Virus record (IMG/VR): IMGVR_UViG_3300030060_002588
Location: 1-53,233 of that record
Origin: a virus
Taxonomy: Duplodnaviria > Caudoviricetes
Reading direction: 5' to 3' (one strand)
Length of the DNA stretch: 53,233 nucleotides
A program made the translations under genes and the position numbers. The notes under the pieces were generated by a model. The model did not search any database, was not told where the DNA came from, and worked only from the letters and a program-made list of their open reading frames with translations. Below, one piece after another: positions 1 through 10,250 of this stretch; positions within the stretch are counted from its first letter, which is position 1, and the number at the start of each line of letters is the position of its first letter.

Positions 1-99
1 CAATCCTAAATCTTTAGAAACTTTAGAAAATTTATCATTAACAATATTATCAAATACTTTTTGTTCTCCACTTACACCATATTTCTTTTCAAATATTCT
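1..99. repeat. Terminal overlap, left copy (circular assembly)
   Basis: Bases 2-99 are identical to 53136-53233 (98 bp). Base 1 is C versus T at 53135, a synonymous TTG/TTA Leu change in the gene crossing the junction. Confidence 0.97.
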
Positions 100-717
100 T
101 TTGCCTTTTTCAAAATCACCAGCACCTAATGTAAGTATTTCTTTTTCTTGTAAAATTCTATATTGGTCTGCACTAGTAGTTAAATTTCCTGGACTTTGAC
201 TTTCTAATTTTTCTATTAATGGTTTATTTAATCCGTCTACTGCTTCAGGACTTGTTTTAGATTCTAAGCTAAAATCACCTGTTCTAAAAACATCTTTATC
301 ACCTAATATATTTGCTATATCTTTATCTTTAATTCCATTATCTTTTAAATCTTTAGCAATACCTTTATAAAAATCTATAGGACTTTCTTGTTTCATATGT
401 GCAACATAGTCAGGATTTAGTTCAACTCCCTTAGACCATCTGCCTAAATTTAATCCAGACTTTGGTTTAAAATATTGTAAAACTTTAGAAGTTCCTTCTT
501 GTTCTCCTGGAATTATTGTAGCAAATTTTTGATTATTAAAAACTTGAGAATTTTTAAGCAATCTATTTTGAACTTTTGCATACCAAGGATAAGCTTTAGT
601 GCCAAGAGATAATGCTGCTGCAGCTACACTTCCGTCATCGCTATAAGCTTCTTTTTGTTTTCTTAATCTTTCTTCGTCTGATTTAGTAACATATTCGCTT
701 CTTATCATTCTTGCCAT
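1..717 (-). CDS. 5' part of an origin-spanning 620-aa putative internal virion/ejection protein (continues 53134 to 51989)
   Basis: ATG at 717 (MARMIRSEYV...). No stop down to base 1, and the frame continues through the terminal overlap into the 51989..52894 ORF. Upstream AAGGA and a sigma70-like promoter. Confidence 0.9.
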   Translation of the reverse strand, partial: MARMIRSEYVTKSDEERLRKQKEAYSDDGSVAAAALSLGTKAYPWYAKVQNRLLKNSQVFNNQKFATIIPGEQEGTSKVLQYFKPKSGLNLGRWSKGVELNPDYVAHMKQESPIDFYKGIAKDLKDNGIKDKDIANILGDKDVFRTGDFSLESKTSPEAVDGLNKPLIEKLESQSPGNLTTSADQYRILQEKEILTLGAGDFEKGKRIFEKKYGVSGEQKVFDNIVNDKFSKVSKDLGL

Positions 718-749
718 AATAAATAAATCCTTATCCTTTTTATCTCTTA

Positions 750-778
750 AATATAATTACGACTGGTTATTTATCCAA
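750..778 (-). promoter_or_regulatory. sigma70-like promoter TTGGAT-N17-TATATT for the putative ejection-protein operon
   Basis: -35 at 778-773, -10 at 755-750, 17-nt spacer, just upstream of ATG 717. Confidence 0.65.
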
Positions 779-882
779 TCAATAATTTCATTAATCTTAG
801 TTATTAAATCCTTTATAACAACTCCATTTACCGTTGACTCTAAATCTTTATTTGTATCTTCTGTTATTTCTATATTATCCAT
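757..882 (-). CDS. 41-aa hypothetical protein (MDNIEITEDT...WINNQS)
   Basis: Manually translated; starts right after the tail-fibre stop (TAATAATG) with GGAG upstream. Confidence 0.65.
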   Translation of the reverse strand: MDNIEITEDTNKDLESTVNGVVIKDLITKINEIIDWINNQS

Positions 883-884
883 TA

Positions 885-3164
885 TTACTCCATTGTTATA
901 TATGCACTAAATTCACAATAAGCATAACTTGAATCATTGTCAGTTGTTCTTCGTGTAAAAAAAGCAAGCATATCATTTTTAGTTACAGATACACTTAAAC
1001 CTGTTTGCTCCCATTTATATAAAATGTTTGCTGTTCCTCCTGCTGACTGGGTAGCTCCTATTTGCGACAATGTCCAGTTTCCAGCACTTCCAAATGTTGG
1101 TTGAGCTCCTTTCATGCATATCCATTCAAATGTGTCTGTTGTATTAATATTACCTATAATTGTATATCCTGTTATTGTACCATCTCTAGGAACTAAAAAA
1201 GATGGAGCTAATGAATCAACCCAAGAACCTGGAATAGAGCTACTACCAGTAGTGTTAAAAAAATAAAAATAATTATGACCATAAGTTGTGCTAGCACCAT
1301 AATACCAATTATTATATTGAACTCTTGCTCTACCACCGTATTCAAAAACATGAGGATTTTGAGCTGTTGCAATTTTACCATTATTAGTTATAGGTATATC
1401 AGTTCCTGCATCATCTGTAAAATATAAATTATTAGGTGTATCGTTTTTAACCCAAATTTGCCCATACGCTGCTGAATCAGAATGTGCAGATGATTGCTCT
1501 TTTACGTTAAATGAACCTCCTCTAACAAAAGCATTTGATGTAATGCCTGTATTAAAAAAGAATCTACCTGAACCTGCATCAAGCACTATATCACTTCCTG
1601 CTCCTGATGCTTCTATTTCTAAATCAGTACTTGCAACTATTTTGTCTAAATTTGTTATAGTTAAATCACCACTTGAATATGTTACGTCTGATAAATCATT
1701 TAATGCTGAAGCACCTCCTGAAGCTGCTAAACTTCCATCATTAGTTATTTGAACGTCTTGCCCTGTGTCATCTGTAAAGTATAAATTGTTAGGGCTATCA
1801 TTTTTAATCCAAATTTGTCCATATCCTGCCGCATCACTACCTGCTGAACTTCTTTCTTTTATTAAAAATTTATTTTGCCCAAATTCTATTTTATCATCTG
1901 TAATTGCTATCTTGTCTTCCCCATCTACTCCTATACCTAAATTTGAACCACTTGATGCATAAATATAAGCACTTTCTCCAGCACCATCTAAATATAAAAA
2001 TCTTGAATTGTTACCATCTATATGAACATTTGCATTAAATGTTTTTACACCTGTAATTGTTTGAGTACCTGCTAAAGTTACATCGCCTGCATTTGCAGTA
2101 GCTCCATCTGCTACGTTTAAAAAAGTTAATACGTTTGCTTTTGTCATTTCAGTTACAACACCATCTGAACCTGCATTATTACCAAGCATTCTTGCATTAG
2201 TAACATTTTGCAATTTAGCATATGTAACACCATCATCTTTTATTCTTAATGCATCGCTATTAGTTTCTATTGTAGAATCATCTACATTTACATTTAAAGT
2301 TGCATCTCCTGACGTAGCACCACCTGTTAAACCATCACCAGCTACTACAGATGTAATATCACCATCACCTGTACCTGCACCAATATATGAACGTAAATTA
2401 GCACCTGTAACTCGTTTAACTGTAGTACCATCTAGCATTAAAAACTTATCAGTATCTGAGCCAATTGTTGCAACATCACCAATATCTAATGTACCTAATA
2501 TTTCTAAATTACCAGCAGTATCTAGTATCATTTTTCTGTGATTTGCATCTGTAGTTGATGGCGTTAATGGTGATGCTGAAACAGCTCTGCAAAATTTTAA
2601 TTTATCAGAATCACTATTATCTATACCAACAACCCATTGATTTAAATCAGGCGTTTCTCCACCTCCTCTATATGATAATAATAAATAAGGGTCTGCACTA
2701 GCATTAGTAGTTTGAACGTGTATAAGAGCTCTTCCTGAGCCTGAATTGCGAATTAATAAATCTTCAGTAGATGCACTTCCACTATCTTTACTTCTAGTTA
2801 AAATAATTTCTTCTGTATCTAAAGTTCTATTAGAGTCTATTCCTACTACTTGTTTATTAGAAGTATTTCCAGTACCAACTCTTAATTTTGTAGAAGGGTC
2901 TAATGTTAATTCTCCTGTTCTTTTAGGGCTTCTGCTTATAGGTAAAACTACTGGTTCATTATTTTCAGAACCTTTAGGTCTAAACAAAGATAATCTTGTT
3001 TGATACCATTTTGTATTAATTTTTACAAAAAGAAATAAGCCTTGACCTGAAACAATTCTAATAGTAATATCACCATCTTCTCCTTCTCTGTTTCCAGGAA
3101 AACCCTTACCATATGATATTTTTTTTTGTTTATTTAATATTTGAGATTTTTTAATCATCGTCAT
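885..3164 (-). CDS. Tail fibre / receptor-binding protein
   Basis: Gly/Ser/Thr/Asp-rich beta-strand segments (GDITSVVAGDGLTGG, VTLAGTQTITGVKTF), an internal 42-aa repeat, an aromatic-rich C-terminal domain, located at the end of the tail module. Confidence 0.75.
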   Translation of the reverse strand: MTMIKKSQILNKQKKISYGKGFPGNREGEDGDITIRIVSGQGLFLFVKINTKWYQTRLSLFRPKGSENNEPVVLPISRSPKRTGELTLDPSTKLRVGTGNTSNKQVVGIDSNRTLDTEEIILTRSKDSGSASTEDLLIRNSGSGRALIHVQTTNASADPYLLLSYRGGGETPDLNQWVVGIDNSDSDKLKFCRAVSASPLTPSTTDANHRKMILDTAGNLEILGTLDIGDVATIGSDTDKFLMLDGTTVKRVTGANLRSYIGAGTGDGDITSVVAGDGLTGGATSGDATLNVNVDDSTIETNSDALRIKDDGVTYAKLQNVTNARMLGNNAGSDGVVTEMTKANVLTFLNVADGATANAGDVTLAGTQTITGVKTFNANVHIDGNNSRFLYLDGAGESAYIYASSGSNLGIGVDGEDKIAITDDKIEFGQNKFLIKERSSAGSDAAGYGQIWIKNDSPNNLYFTDDTGQDVQITNDGSLAASGGASALNDLSDVTYSSGDLTITNLDKIVASTDLEIEASGAGSDIVLDAGSGRFFFNTGITSNAFVRGGSFNVKEQSSAHSDSAAYGQIWVKNDTPNNLYFTDDAGTDIPITNNGKIATAQNPHVFEYGGRARVQYNNWYYGASTTYGHNYFYFFNTTGSSSIPGSWVDSLAPSFLVPRDGTITGYTIIGNINTTDTFEWICMKGAQPTFGSAGNWTLSQIGATQSAGGTANILYKWEQTGLSVSVTKNDMLAFFTRRTTDNDSSYAYCEFSAYITME
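1377..1859 (-). repeat. Two 42-aa repeats in the tail fibre (1734-1859 and 1377-1502)
   Basis: KERSSAGSDAAGYGQIWIKNDSPNNLYFTDDTGQDVQITNDG versus KEQSSAHSDSAAYGQIWVKNDTPNNLYFTDDAGTDIPITNNG; 31 of 42 identical. Confidence 0.9.
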
Positions 3165-3597
3165 GTGTAGATGTAGAAGTGTCTCTTACAACTCTATATA
3201 GTAAACCAAAGTCATTAACATTAAAATCACCTTGTATAAATGGAGACTTTAATCTTAGTTGTATTTGCAATATATTTTTAATAGGCTCACTAAATAAAAC
3301 AATTTTATTAATACTTTTTTTTGTTTCTAATGTTTCATTAGGATTAGTATTACTTATATTATTAAAGCCATGCAATTCTTTAAACTGTTCAGTTAAGTTA
3401 GTTCTATAATCAAAACTTAAAATAAAACTAGAAGGAGTAGAAACACTATAGCTAGTATTTTGCCTTATATTAACAAAATAACCTAATATAGTTTTCATTG
3501 TATCAGGAGTGCCTAAAGTTGTTAATTTAGTTTGTAATAAAAAATTTTCAGTTAAAGAAGATTCATAGTCCCATTGTCTTAAAGATACTGTTGCCAT
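3151..3597 (-). CDS. Tail-associated protein, possibly the separated C-terminal domain of the nozzle protein
   Basis: TAATG-coupled to the 1517-aa gene; LQTKLTTLGTPDTMKTI and IQLRL segments resemble nozzle C-termini. Confidence 0.5.
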   Translation of the reverse strand: MATVSLRQWDYESSLTENFLLQTKLTTLGTPDTMKTILGYFVNIRQNTSYSVSTPSSFILSFDYRTNLTEQFKELHGFNNISNTNPNETLETKKSINKIVLFSEPIKNILQIQLRLKSPFIQGDFNVNDFGLLYRVVRDTSTSTHDDD

Positions 3598-6500
3598 TAA
3601 TTAGTACTCCCATATGGTTTTATATCAGGTTTAAGATGAGGTTTTTTAGGCCTTGTTTCGTTAATATCTCCTTCATTTATATATGACATAATTCCATTAT
3701 TACCCATATTAATTATATTAGTTATAGAATTATTTGCACCTGCAAAAAACTTTTCTTTAGATAAAACCCAAGAGTCAGATATAACATTAAATACATATGC
3801 ATCTCCATCAGAAGGAATAACATGGTGTGTTTTTTTAATAACAAATATTTCTTTTGATTTAGGATTATAACCACATATAGAATCTTCAGATATAAAATTA
3901 TTCCATATAGATAAATCTATTCTTTCTCTATTATCTTCATTTAACTCACCACCTTTTATAAACAAATTAAAAACAGATTCACCTGTATATAAAAATGCTC
4001 CATTTTCATTAAACCAAAAAATAGAATCACCTATATCACAAGCATGATTTTTATTTAATATGCCTTTATATTGATGTTTAGCTTCTACAAAAAAATCTTT
4101 TGCTATACCTGTAGATATATCAATTATATAACATACTTTTTCTTTAAATTGCAATACTTTGTCACCAAGATTATGCAATGAAACTATTCTATCTCCATCA
4201 TCTATATCCAAGTCTAAGACATTATCTGGATAAGGGAATGTATCTAATTGATTAATATTACTTATAACCATTCGGTCGTTATGCAATTCTGTTGCACCTC
4301 CTGGTAACGTAGCCTGTATATTTCCTATAAATGCTCTTCTTCCTGCTACAGTTACTGCTTTATATCTAAGATTTGTAGATGTAGAGCGAGGCGATGTACC
4401 TGTAATAGTTTCATACATTTCACCACCTTTTTGCATTGTATTAACTTGGAATGTATTTATTTTTAAAGAAAGAGGGTTAGCAGTATTATTTACAACCCAA
4501 GGATAGCTTCCTTCATTACCAGTTGTATCACTAAATGTAGTTACGTCTCCTGTTTTTACAAAGCCTTGTTTAAAATCTACTCGGCCTAAAGACCATAAAC
4601 TTTCATAGCTTTCTTCTGCACTTGAAAAATATATGTGTATACCTATAATTCTAGGGTCATCAAAAGCCATATCTCCTGATGCATTTGCAGGCTGTATATA
4701 GGTATTTACTTCTAATCTTTTTGTTCCTACAGAGTCTTCTCCTCCAAAAGAAAAAATAGTGTTATCTGCACCACTTTGAAAAACATGACCTGGTAATGAT
4801 TGACTTTCATCATCATATACAGCTGCAGCATAAAATTTAACATCTCCTGCCCAATTAGAATTAATATTTGCATCTGCATTTACTACCTTAAGTTCCATTC
4901 TCATTCTTGCAAATTCTGAAGTAGTTTGGTCTGTTGTACTTATATTATCTGCACGTACATGTAATCCTTTTATATTTGCATCTGTTTTATTGTCTTCAGT
5001 AACACTATAGCTCCAAATTTTATCGTTGTTTCCAATCATTATACCTGCAGTTTCAGTACCTTCTGGCCATTTAAAATTAGTAGGCTCATCTAATGTTCCA
5101 TAAAACCAATCATTAATAAATCTAAATCCTATAAATTTAGTTGGATTAGGTAAATTAAAATTACCTTCTGAAAGTCTAAGTCTATTGCCTTCATTCCACA
5201 TAACAATATCATTATCTTCATTTCTTTCAACATTAATACTAGCTACTGTTACTGTTACCGTAGCAGAGCCACTAGCTCCTTCAGTAAATACTATTATATC
5301 TCCTACATTATAACCTGTACCGCCATTTACAATTTGTACATTTACTGTATCATTTCCTGAAATAGTTGTGCTAGGAGTTATATTAACTGCTATTCCAGCA
5401 CCACTTGATGCTCCACCACTTGCAGAAGTAACTGAAGTTTGAGTCACATTGTAATCAGGATTAGCATCTCCCCAATCTGCACTTAGCAAAGATTCTGTTA
5501 CACTACTTGGGTCATTAAGTATATCGTGGTAAACAAAGGATGTTACAGATTGATTACCTTTACTATATGACCAATTTAATTTTTCTAAATATTGATTTTG
5601 CCAAGAGTTTAAAATTTTAGAATGAAAATATAAATAATTTTTATAAAGAGAAATACTATTTTCTGTATTAGGAATACTATATATACCATTAGACTCATCA
5701 GTTTTAGTGATTAAAGCCATATGCTCATCTTCTTGTCTAAACCTATTTTCAGCTATAACACTAGTATTTAGCACATTAACAAAAAAAGCACCTCCAGTAC
5801 TAAATGCGTCTAATTCAACAACTCTAGCTCCAGAAAGATGAGGCACACGTGCATATGTATCACTAATTCTACTTTCAATTGTTAAATCAGTACCAGCAAT
5901 AGCACTAATTCTAAGCACTTCTAAATCTATTAAAATATAACTTCCTACTGAAAAATTACTTGCTGAAGTTACAGGTATTGTTGTAGTTGTACTATTTATA
6001 TTAGCACTTAATGTTGTGTCTCCTACTCCTGAAGAAGGAATTCTAAATGCAGATAAAAAAACTGTAGAATTACCTGAATAATATTTGTGCATTCTGCTTT
6101 GACCACTATTAAAAGTAGCAACAATAGAATCAGCTAATGCGTCTACGTCTCCATTAGAATAAAATGTATTAGTTATTGCTCCCCAGTTAATTGTAATTTT
6201 ATCTCCAGGGCCAGTTCCTTCTAATTTTAATTTTTTTAAAAATACATTTGAACCACCTAATCCTCTTGTAAATCCATCACCTTTAACAACTAATGGTCTT
6301 AATGGTACTTGTCTTTCTGAAGTAGGAGAAACAGATTCTCCACTAAATGTAGAAGTTTCTTCTGATAAAGTAGAATGTTTTCCTATATATATACTAGCAT
6401 CATCTGAATGAGATGCTGTAGTACCTGTGCATCTATTACCCCAAGTTTTTCCTCTTTCTACTAATATTTTTTGTACACCACTAGCACCTATTTTAGTACT

Positions 6501-8150
6501 TTTAACTCTCATTATTTCACTATTAATTTTTATAAACAAACCAGGTATAAATATTGCTCTTTTAGCTGAATTTCCATAAGGATTAGCGTCAGTTCCATTA
6601 ACTCCATATTCAGTCCATGCTTCTAATGCAATCCATGTATCAGCAGAAGTATTAGCTACACTCCCTTCTATATCCACAAAAGAATCAATCCAACTACCTG
6701 CATCATTACCATGCTCAGTAGATATAAAACTTGGAGCAGGACTATCAGGTTTTAAACTAGAAGCTGTTAAAATAGCACTAATCTCTCTATTTTCTAATTG
6801 GCTATCATTACCATTAGCGTCACTAAAAACTGTTATAAAAGGCTGTTCAAAGGGCAAAAACCCAATGTCTAAGCTTTGGCCACTAGTTATTTGTGCACTC
6901 CATTGATTATATTTATCACTACCTGAAAAAGTATTAACAGCTTTTGCTAACTCTAACATTAAACAAGCGGCCATATGTCTATGCATATTTTTAGCAGAAG
7001 TTACTATTGAACCTGGCATATAAAAATTTTCAACAGAAACACTTGGCTCTGGATAATAATCTTCGCCACCAGCATCTATCCATTCTACTTTTATTGGAGT
7101 TAAATTTTCCCATTGAGTAGCAAAAGCTTCGCCTCCCCAAATACCCATAGCCCATCTAGCATTTAATGCACCTGCACTACCTCCATTTGCTATTAAATCT
7201 TCTTCAAAATCATGTCTGCCCATTTTTGGTATTTCTAAATTAGAAGTTGCACCTGCAACGCCACCCATAACAAATTTAGCTTCATTAAATATTGCAGGCC
7301 ATTCTTCATTTTCTTCTTGTAATGTTTTATTATACTGCTCAACCATAAATGGATTAAATGGTGCACTATCTTGACTAATTGTTTCTTCAAATCCTACAGG
7401 AGAATTATCATCTAATTTCCATGGCAATAAAAATGATTGCGAAACACTAGCATCATACGTATTAAAATCAGTATCATCTTCTTCCCATATATAATTTGGA
7501 GTTTCATCTACAATTTCTTCTCCATTTGGAAGAAGAGTTGATGTTCCATATGGATTTTGATTATAAATATTAACACTAGTGCTATCTTCACCAAAAATAC
7601 CTTCATCTTGAGTATCAGGTAATATTTGATTAGTTATATCTCCTCCATCATTTGTAAACCAATTAGTACCAGACAAAACAGTTACCTCATCAGATATAGG
7701 CACAACATCATCACTAGGTGAGCTAATACATAACTGTATTTTTAAAGTTCCGCCTGTAGGAAATTGGTTTTCAAAAATCCACATTACTGTAGAAAAATAA
7801 AATATAGCATAAGCACTTGGAAAATTAGCAGCACTTCCTGCTTCCCAACCTGAATTAGGCTGAGATATACTTTGTAAAATAGCAGATAAGTTTCCACTAC
7901 TAAGACTTTGGCTAAAAGTATAGTTACTATTGTAGTTATATAATCCCATACCTGGAATTAAATCACCTTCAATTTCTGTAGGGGGTACTTCTAAACTAGA
8001 TTTAGAACTTCCTATTGGTTTTATGATTCCAGACTTTCCAACATAAATATCTTGAAATTCTGCAAATTCATCGACTTGTAAGTCTTTAGGGTCTGTATAG
8101 TTATTAAGACCCCCCTCAAATTTTCCTAGCTTCCATGCTTTTCTAGCCAT
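3597..8150 (-). CDS. Large tail nozzle/stabilisation protein (P22 gp10/T7 gp12-like) with inserted domains
   Basis: N-terminal FEGGLN motif, C-terminal beta-propeller-like segments (GRRAFIGN, IFWFNENGAFLYTG, YVFNVISDSW), position in the tail module. Confidence 0.6.
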   Translation of the reverse strand: MARKAWKLGKFEGGLNNYTDPKDLQVDEFAEFQDIYVGKSGIIKPIGSSKSSLEVPPTEIEGDLIPGMGLYNYNSNYTFSQSLSSGNLSAILQSISQPNSGWEAGSAANFPSAYAIFYFSTVMWIFENQFPTGGTLKIQLCISSPSDDVVPISDEVTVLSGTNWFTNDGGDITNQILPDTQDEGIFGEDSTSVNIYNQNPYGTSTLLPNGEEIVDETPNYIWEEDDTDFNTYDASVSQSFLLPWKLDDNSPVGFEETISQDSAPFNPFMVEQYNKTLQEENEEWPAIFNEAKFVMGGVAGATSNLEIPKMGRHDFEEDLIANGGSAGALNARWAMGIWGGEAFATQWENLTPIKVEWIDAGGEDYYPEPSVSVENFYMPGSIVTSAKNMHRHMAACLMLELAKAVNTFSGSDKYNQWSAQITSGQSLDIGFLPFEQPFITVFSDANGNDSQLENREISAILTASSLKPDSPAPSFISTEHGNDAGSWIDSFVDIEGSVANTSADTWIALEAWTEYGVNGTDANPYGNSAKRAIFIPGLFIKINSEIMRVKSTKIGASGVQKILVERGKTWGNRCTGTTASHSDDASIYIGKHSTLSEETSTFSGESVSPTSERQVPLRPLVVKGDGFTRGLGGSNVFLKKLKLEGTGPGDKITINWGAITNTFYSNGDVDALADSIVATFNSGQSRMHKYYSGNSTVFLSAFRIPSSGVGDTTLSANINSTTTTIPVTSASNFSVGSYILIDLEVLRISAIAGTDLTIESRISDTYARVPHLSGARVVELDAFSTGGAFFVNVLNTSVIAENRFRQEDEHMALITKTDESNGIYSIPNTENSISLYKNYLYFHSKILNSWQNQYLEKLNWSYSKGNQSVTSFVYHDILNDPSSVTESLLSADWGDANPDYNVTQTSVTSASGGASSGAGIAVNITPSTTISGNDTVNVQIVNGGTGYNVGDIIVFTEGASGSATVTVTVASINVERNEDNDIVMWNEGNRLRLSEGNFNLPNPTKFIGFRFINDWFYGTLDEPTNFKWPEGTETAGIMIGNNDKIWSYSVTEDNKTDANIKGLHVRADNISTTDQTTSEFARMRMELKVVNADANINSNWAGDVKFYAAAVYDDESQSLPGHVFQSGADNTIFSFGGEDSVGTKRLEVNTYIQPANASGDMAFDDPRIIGIHIYFSSAEESYESLWSLGRVDFKQGFVKTGDVTTFSDTTGNEGSYPWVVNNTANPLSLKINTFQVNTMQKGGEMYETITGTSPRSTSTNLRYKAVTVAGRRAFIGNIQATLPGGATELHNDRMVISNINQLDTFPYPDNVLDLDIDDGDRIVSLHNLGDKVLQFKEKVCYIIDISTGIAKDFFVEAKHQYKGILNKNHACDIGDSIFWFNENGAFLYTGESVFNLFIKGGELNEDNRERIDLSIWNNFISEDSICGYNPKSKEIFVIKKTHHVIPSDGDAYVFNVISDSWVLSKEKFFAGANNSITNIINMGNNGIMSYINEGDINETRPKKPHLKPDIKPYGSTN

Positions 8151-8159
8151 TATACTTTC

Positions 8160-8303
8160 CTATTTTTTAAATTTATCAAATATAGGTTTAAGTATCATAT
8201 CAAAAACTACATCATCTTTTTTAGATGGACTTAGCTTTACTACTTTTTCTACTATATACATTGCTAGTAAAATCCATTCCCAATTACTTGTTATTAATGA
8301 CAT
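8160..8303 (-). CDS. 47-aa small membrane protein, holin-like
   Basis: MSLITSNWEWILLAMYIVEKVVKLSPSKKDDVVFDMILKPIFDKFKK; AAGGAG SD; near the endolysin. Confidence 0.6.
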   Translation of the reverse strand: MSLITSNWEWILLAMYIVEKVVKLSPSKKDDVVFDMILKPIFDKFKK

Positions 8304-8587
8304 CATTTTTTATCTCCTTTTTTTTTAACTCTTTTTGCTTTACATCCACAATCTGTACAAATCCAATCAGCTTTAGGATGAGAATCTTTTCTTAATATTG
8401 CAACATCTTTTTCAAGTTCTTCTATATACTTTCCTTGTTTTGATATACTTTTTTGCATTTGCTTAACTTGTATATCAAGTTCGTTTTCTTCTTCTACATA
8501 CTTTTTAAGTTTATTTAACTTGTGCTTAGTTTCTATTTTTTTAAAAACTACTTTAAGTACTTGTTTAATTATTATTGCTTGTAACAT
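8303..8587 (-). CDS. Hypothetical coiled-coil protein with CxxCxC, in the lysis region
   Basis: 94-aa ORF coupled to its neighbours. Confidence 0.6.
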   Translation of the reverse strand: MLQAIIIKQVLKVVFKKIETKHKLNKLKKYVEEENELDIQVKQMQKSISKQGKYIEELEKDVAILRKDSHPKADWICTDCGCKAKRVKKKGDKK

Positions 8588-8588
8588 A

Positions 8589-9356
8589 TTATTTATTTCC
8601 GTCTATTAGTTGACCCCATACTCTAGCTTTACCATCTATAATTTGCACTACATCAACAGTAAATTTTCCATCATCATAATAATCTACTATAGCAAATGCA
8701 TGTGCCCAGTTAATTTTTCTATGACCTAACCAAGAATTAGCTTCATCAGACATATCTTTTAAACATCCAATACTCCAAGCTCCTATTGGTCCATCTTTAT
8801 GAGTTGCAGACATATGCTGTAAATCATGCCAATGTCCATACATTACATTACATCCTAACTTTCTAAGATGATTAGCAGTATGATATTGACCTCCATAATG
8901 GTTACCATGATAAAAACTAAGTTTTCCAATATCTAAATATTTTCCATTAGGATAATACTTGTAACCTCTTTCTTCTAATTTTAATGCATTAGGTACTAAA
9001 TATTGAGGCAGGTATGGATGTTCTTGTACTGTAAAATTAAGCCATAATTCATGGTTACCTTCTACAAAATGTTTTTCTTTACAATTAACTTTATCTAATG
9101 CTTCATCTATTATGTCCATTCCAGAATTAACATTTGTAACATCTCTATCAAAATCATCAACAAGATATTCTAATGGTGGTTTTTGTTTGCCTTTCCACTT
9201 ATGTTTAGAAAAAGCTTCCCATTCTCCAGTATCACCTAAGTCTACATATATATTAGGTTTTACTAATTCTATTGCTTTGCAAACTGCTTTTATAGCAGGT
9301 ATATCTGCACATGGAAAATGTTTGTCAGGCGTAACTATAGCTCGTTTTTTTAACAT
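8589..9356 (-). CDS. Calcineurin-like metallophosphoesterase
   Basis: Ordered motifs DxH (PDKH), LGD, GNHE, HG, GHWH. Confidence 0.9.
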   Translation of the reverse strand: MLKKRAIVTPDKHFPCADIPAIKAVCKAIELVKPNIYVDLGDTGEWEAFSKHKWKGKQKPPLEYLVDDFDRDVTNVNSGMDIIDEALDKVNCKEKHFVEGNHELWLNFTVQEHPYLPQYLVPNALKLEERGYKYYPNGKYLDIGKLSFYHGNHYGGQYHTANHLRKLGCNVMYGHWHDLQHMSATHKDGPIGAWSIGCLKDMSDEANSWLGHRKINWAHAFAIVDYYDDGKFTVDVVQIIDGKARVWGQLIDGNK

Positions 9357-9373
9357 ATATTGTCCTGTATTAT

Positions 9374-9766
9374 TTAGTTAGTTAATTCAAAATGTGGAAA
9401 GTCATCAAACTTATTATCATCTACTTCAAAATTCATATTCCAGTCTCCACCCCATCTTAATGATATATCCATGCTATATGCTATTCCTAAAACAAATCCT
9501 GCAAATAAATGGAAACGTTCTCTGTCATTCCAATCAACAGGATAAGGAACCACATCAACAGCCCTAGATGGATTACTGTTATGACGGCCTTTTGGGTACT
9601 TAAGTTTAGTTTTTCCTTCGTCAAACAATTTATTCTGTCTTTCCTCACTTCTATGTCCTTCCAATACAGAGCAATCAACATAATTGATTACTTCATTAAA
9701 TACTTTTTGCAATCTTTCATCACAAGTTGCAAGTCTTTCTCTTGATTTTTTTCCAAATCTTGGCAT
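9374..9766 (-). CDS. Endolysin, peptidase M15 family (L-Ala-D-Glu type)
   Basis: GHRSEERQ, RHN...AVD, WGGDW, DFPHFEL zinc-peptidase motifs. Confidence 0.9.
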   Translation of the reverse strand: MPRFGKKSRERLATCDERLQKVFNEVINYVDCSVLEGHRSEERQNKLFDEGKTKLKYPKGRHNSNPSRAVDVVPYPVDWNDRERFHLFAGFVLGIAYSMDISLRWGGDWNMNFEVDDNKFDDFPHFELTN

Positions 9767-9774
9767 AATTTCTC

Positions 9775-10248
9775 CTATCCTGTTTCTTCTACTTTAATTG
9801 AATCCCAATACTGAATAGTGGATGAATTTGGAATTATAAAACTAATCCAAAATGTTGTTTGGTTTCCAACCGTAAAAGTTTTTTCAATTGTTTCCTCACT
9901 ACTATTTCTAGTAGCTACAGTAGTATCAACTGCAGTATTACCAGCACTAACACCAAATCCAACAGTACCATTTCCACTACCACCTACAGTAGCAGTTAAT
10001 ACTCCTGTAAATTTATAGGTAGAGTATGGTATGCAAGTATATTCTACTGCAGCATATGCATCACTAGCTGTTGATTGTAAAGTTAAATATGTAGTACCTG
10101 AAGATAAATAACTTACATTCATATCTCTTACATTATCATCCCAAACTCCAAGACCACCTGCTAAATAAAATGGTTCATCTGTAATAAGTGTTGTTCTTTT
10201 AGTATCTCTAGCTTTTGCTACACCACTTGATAAACTTAAACTAGGCAT
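9775..10248 (-). CDS. Putative virion protein with a beta-sandwich (CBM-like) domain
   Basis: Thr/Ser-rich; PYSTYKF...YWDSIKVEE pattern. Confidence 0.45.
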   Translation of the reverse strand: MPSLSLSSGVAKARDTKRTTLITDEPFYLAGGLGVWDDNVRDMNVSYLSSGTTYLTLQSTASDAYAAVEYTCIPYSTYKFTGVLTATVGGSGNGTVGFGVSAGNTAVDTTVATRNSSEETIEKTFTVGNQTTFWISFIIPNSSTIQYWDSIKVEETG

Positions 10249-10250
10249 GA

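Noticed and set aside
1-99. Terminal repeat as a biological direct terminal repeat
   Set aside because: It lies inside a coding sequence and its 98-99 bp length fits an assembler k-mer overlap; it shows circularity, not physical ends.
885-3164. Diversity-generating retroelement target in the tail fibre
   Set aside because: No reverse transcriptase is encoded, and both repeat copies are in-frame coding with differences not confined to adenines.
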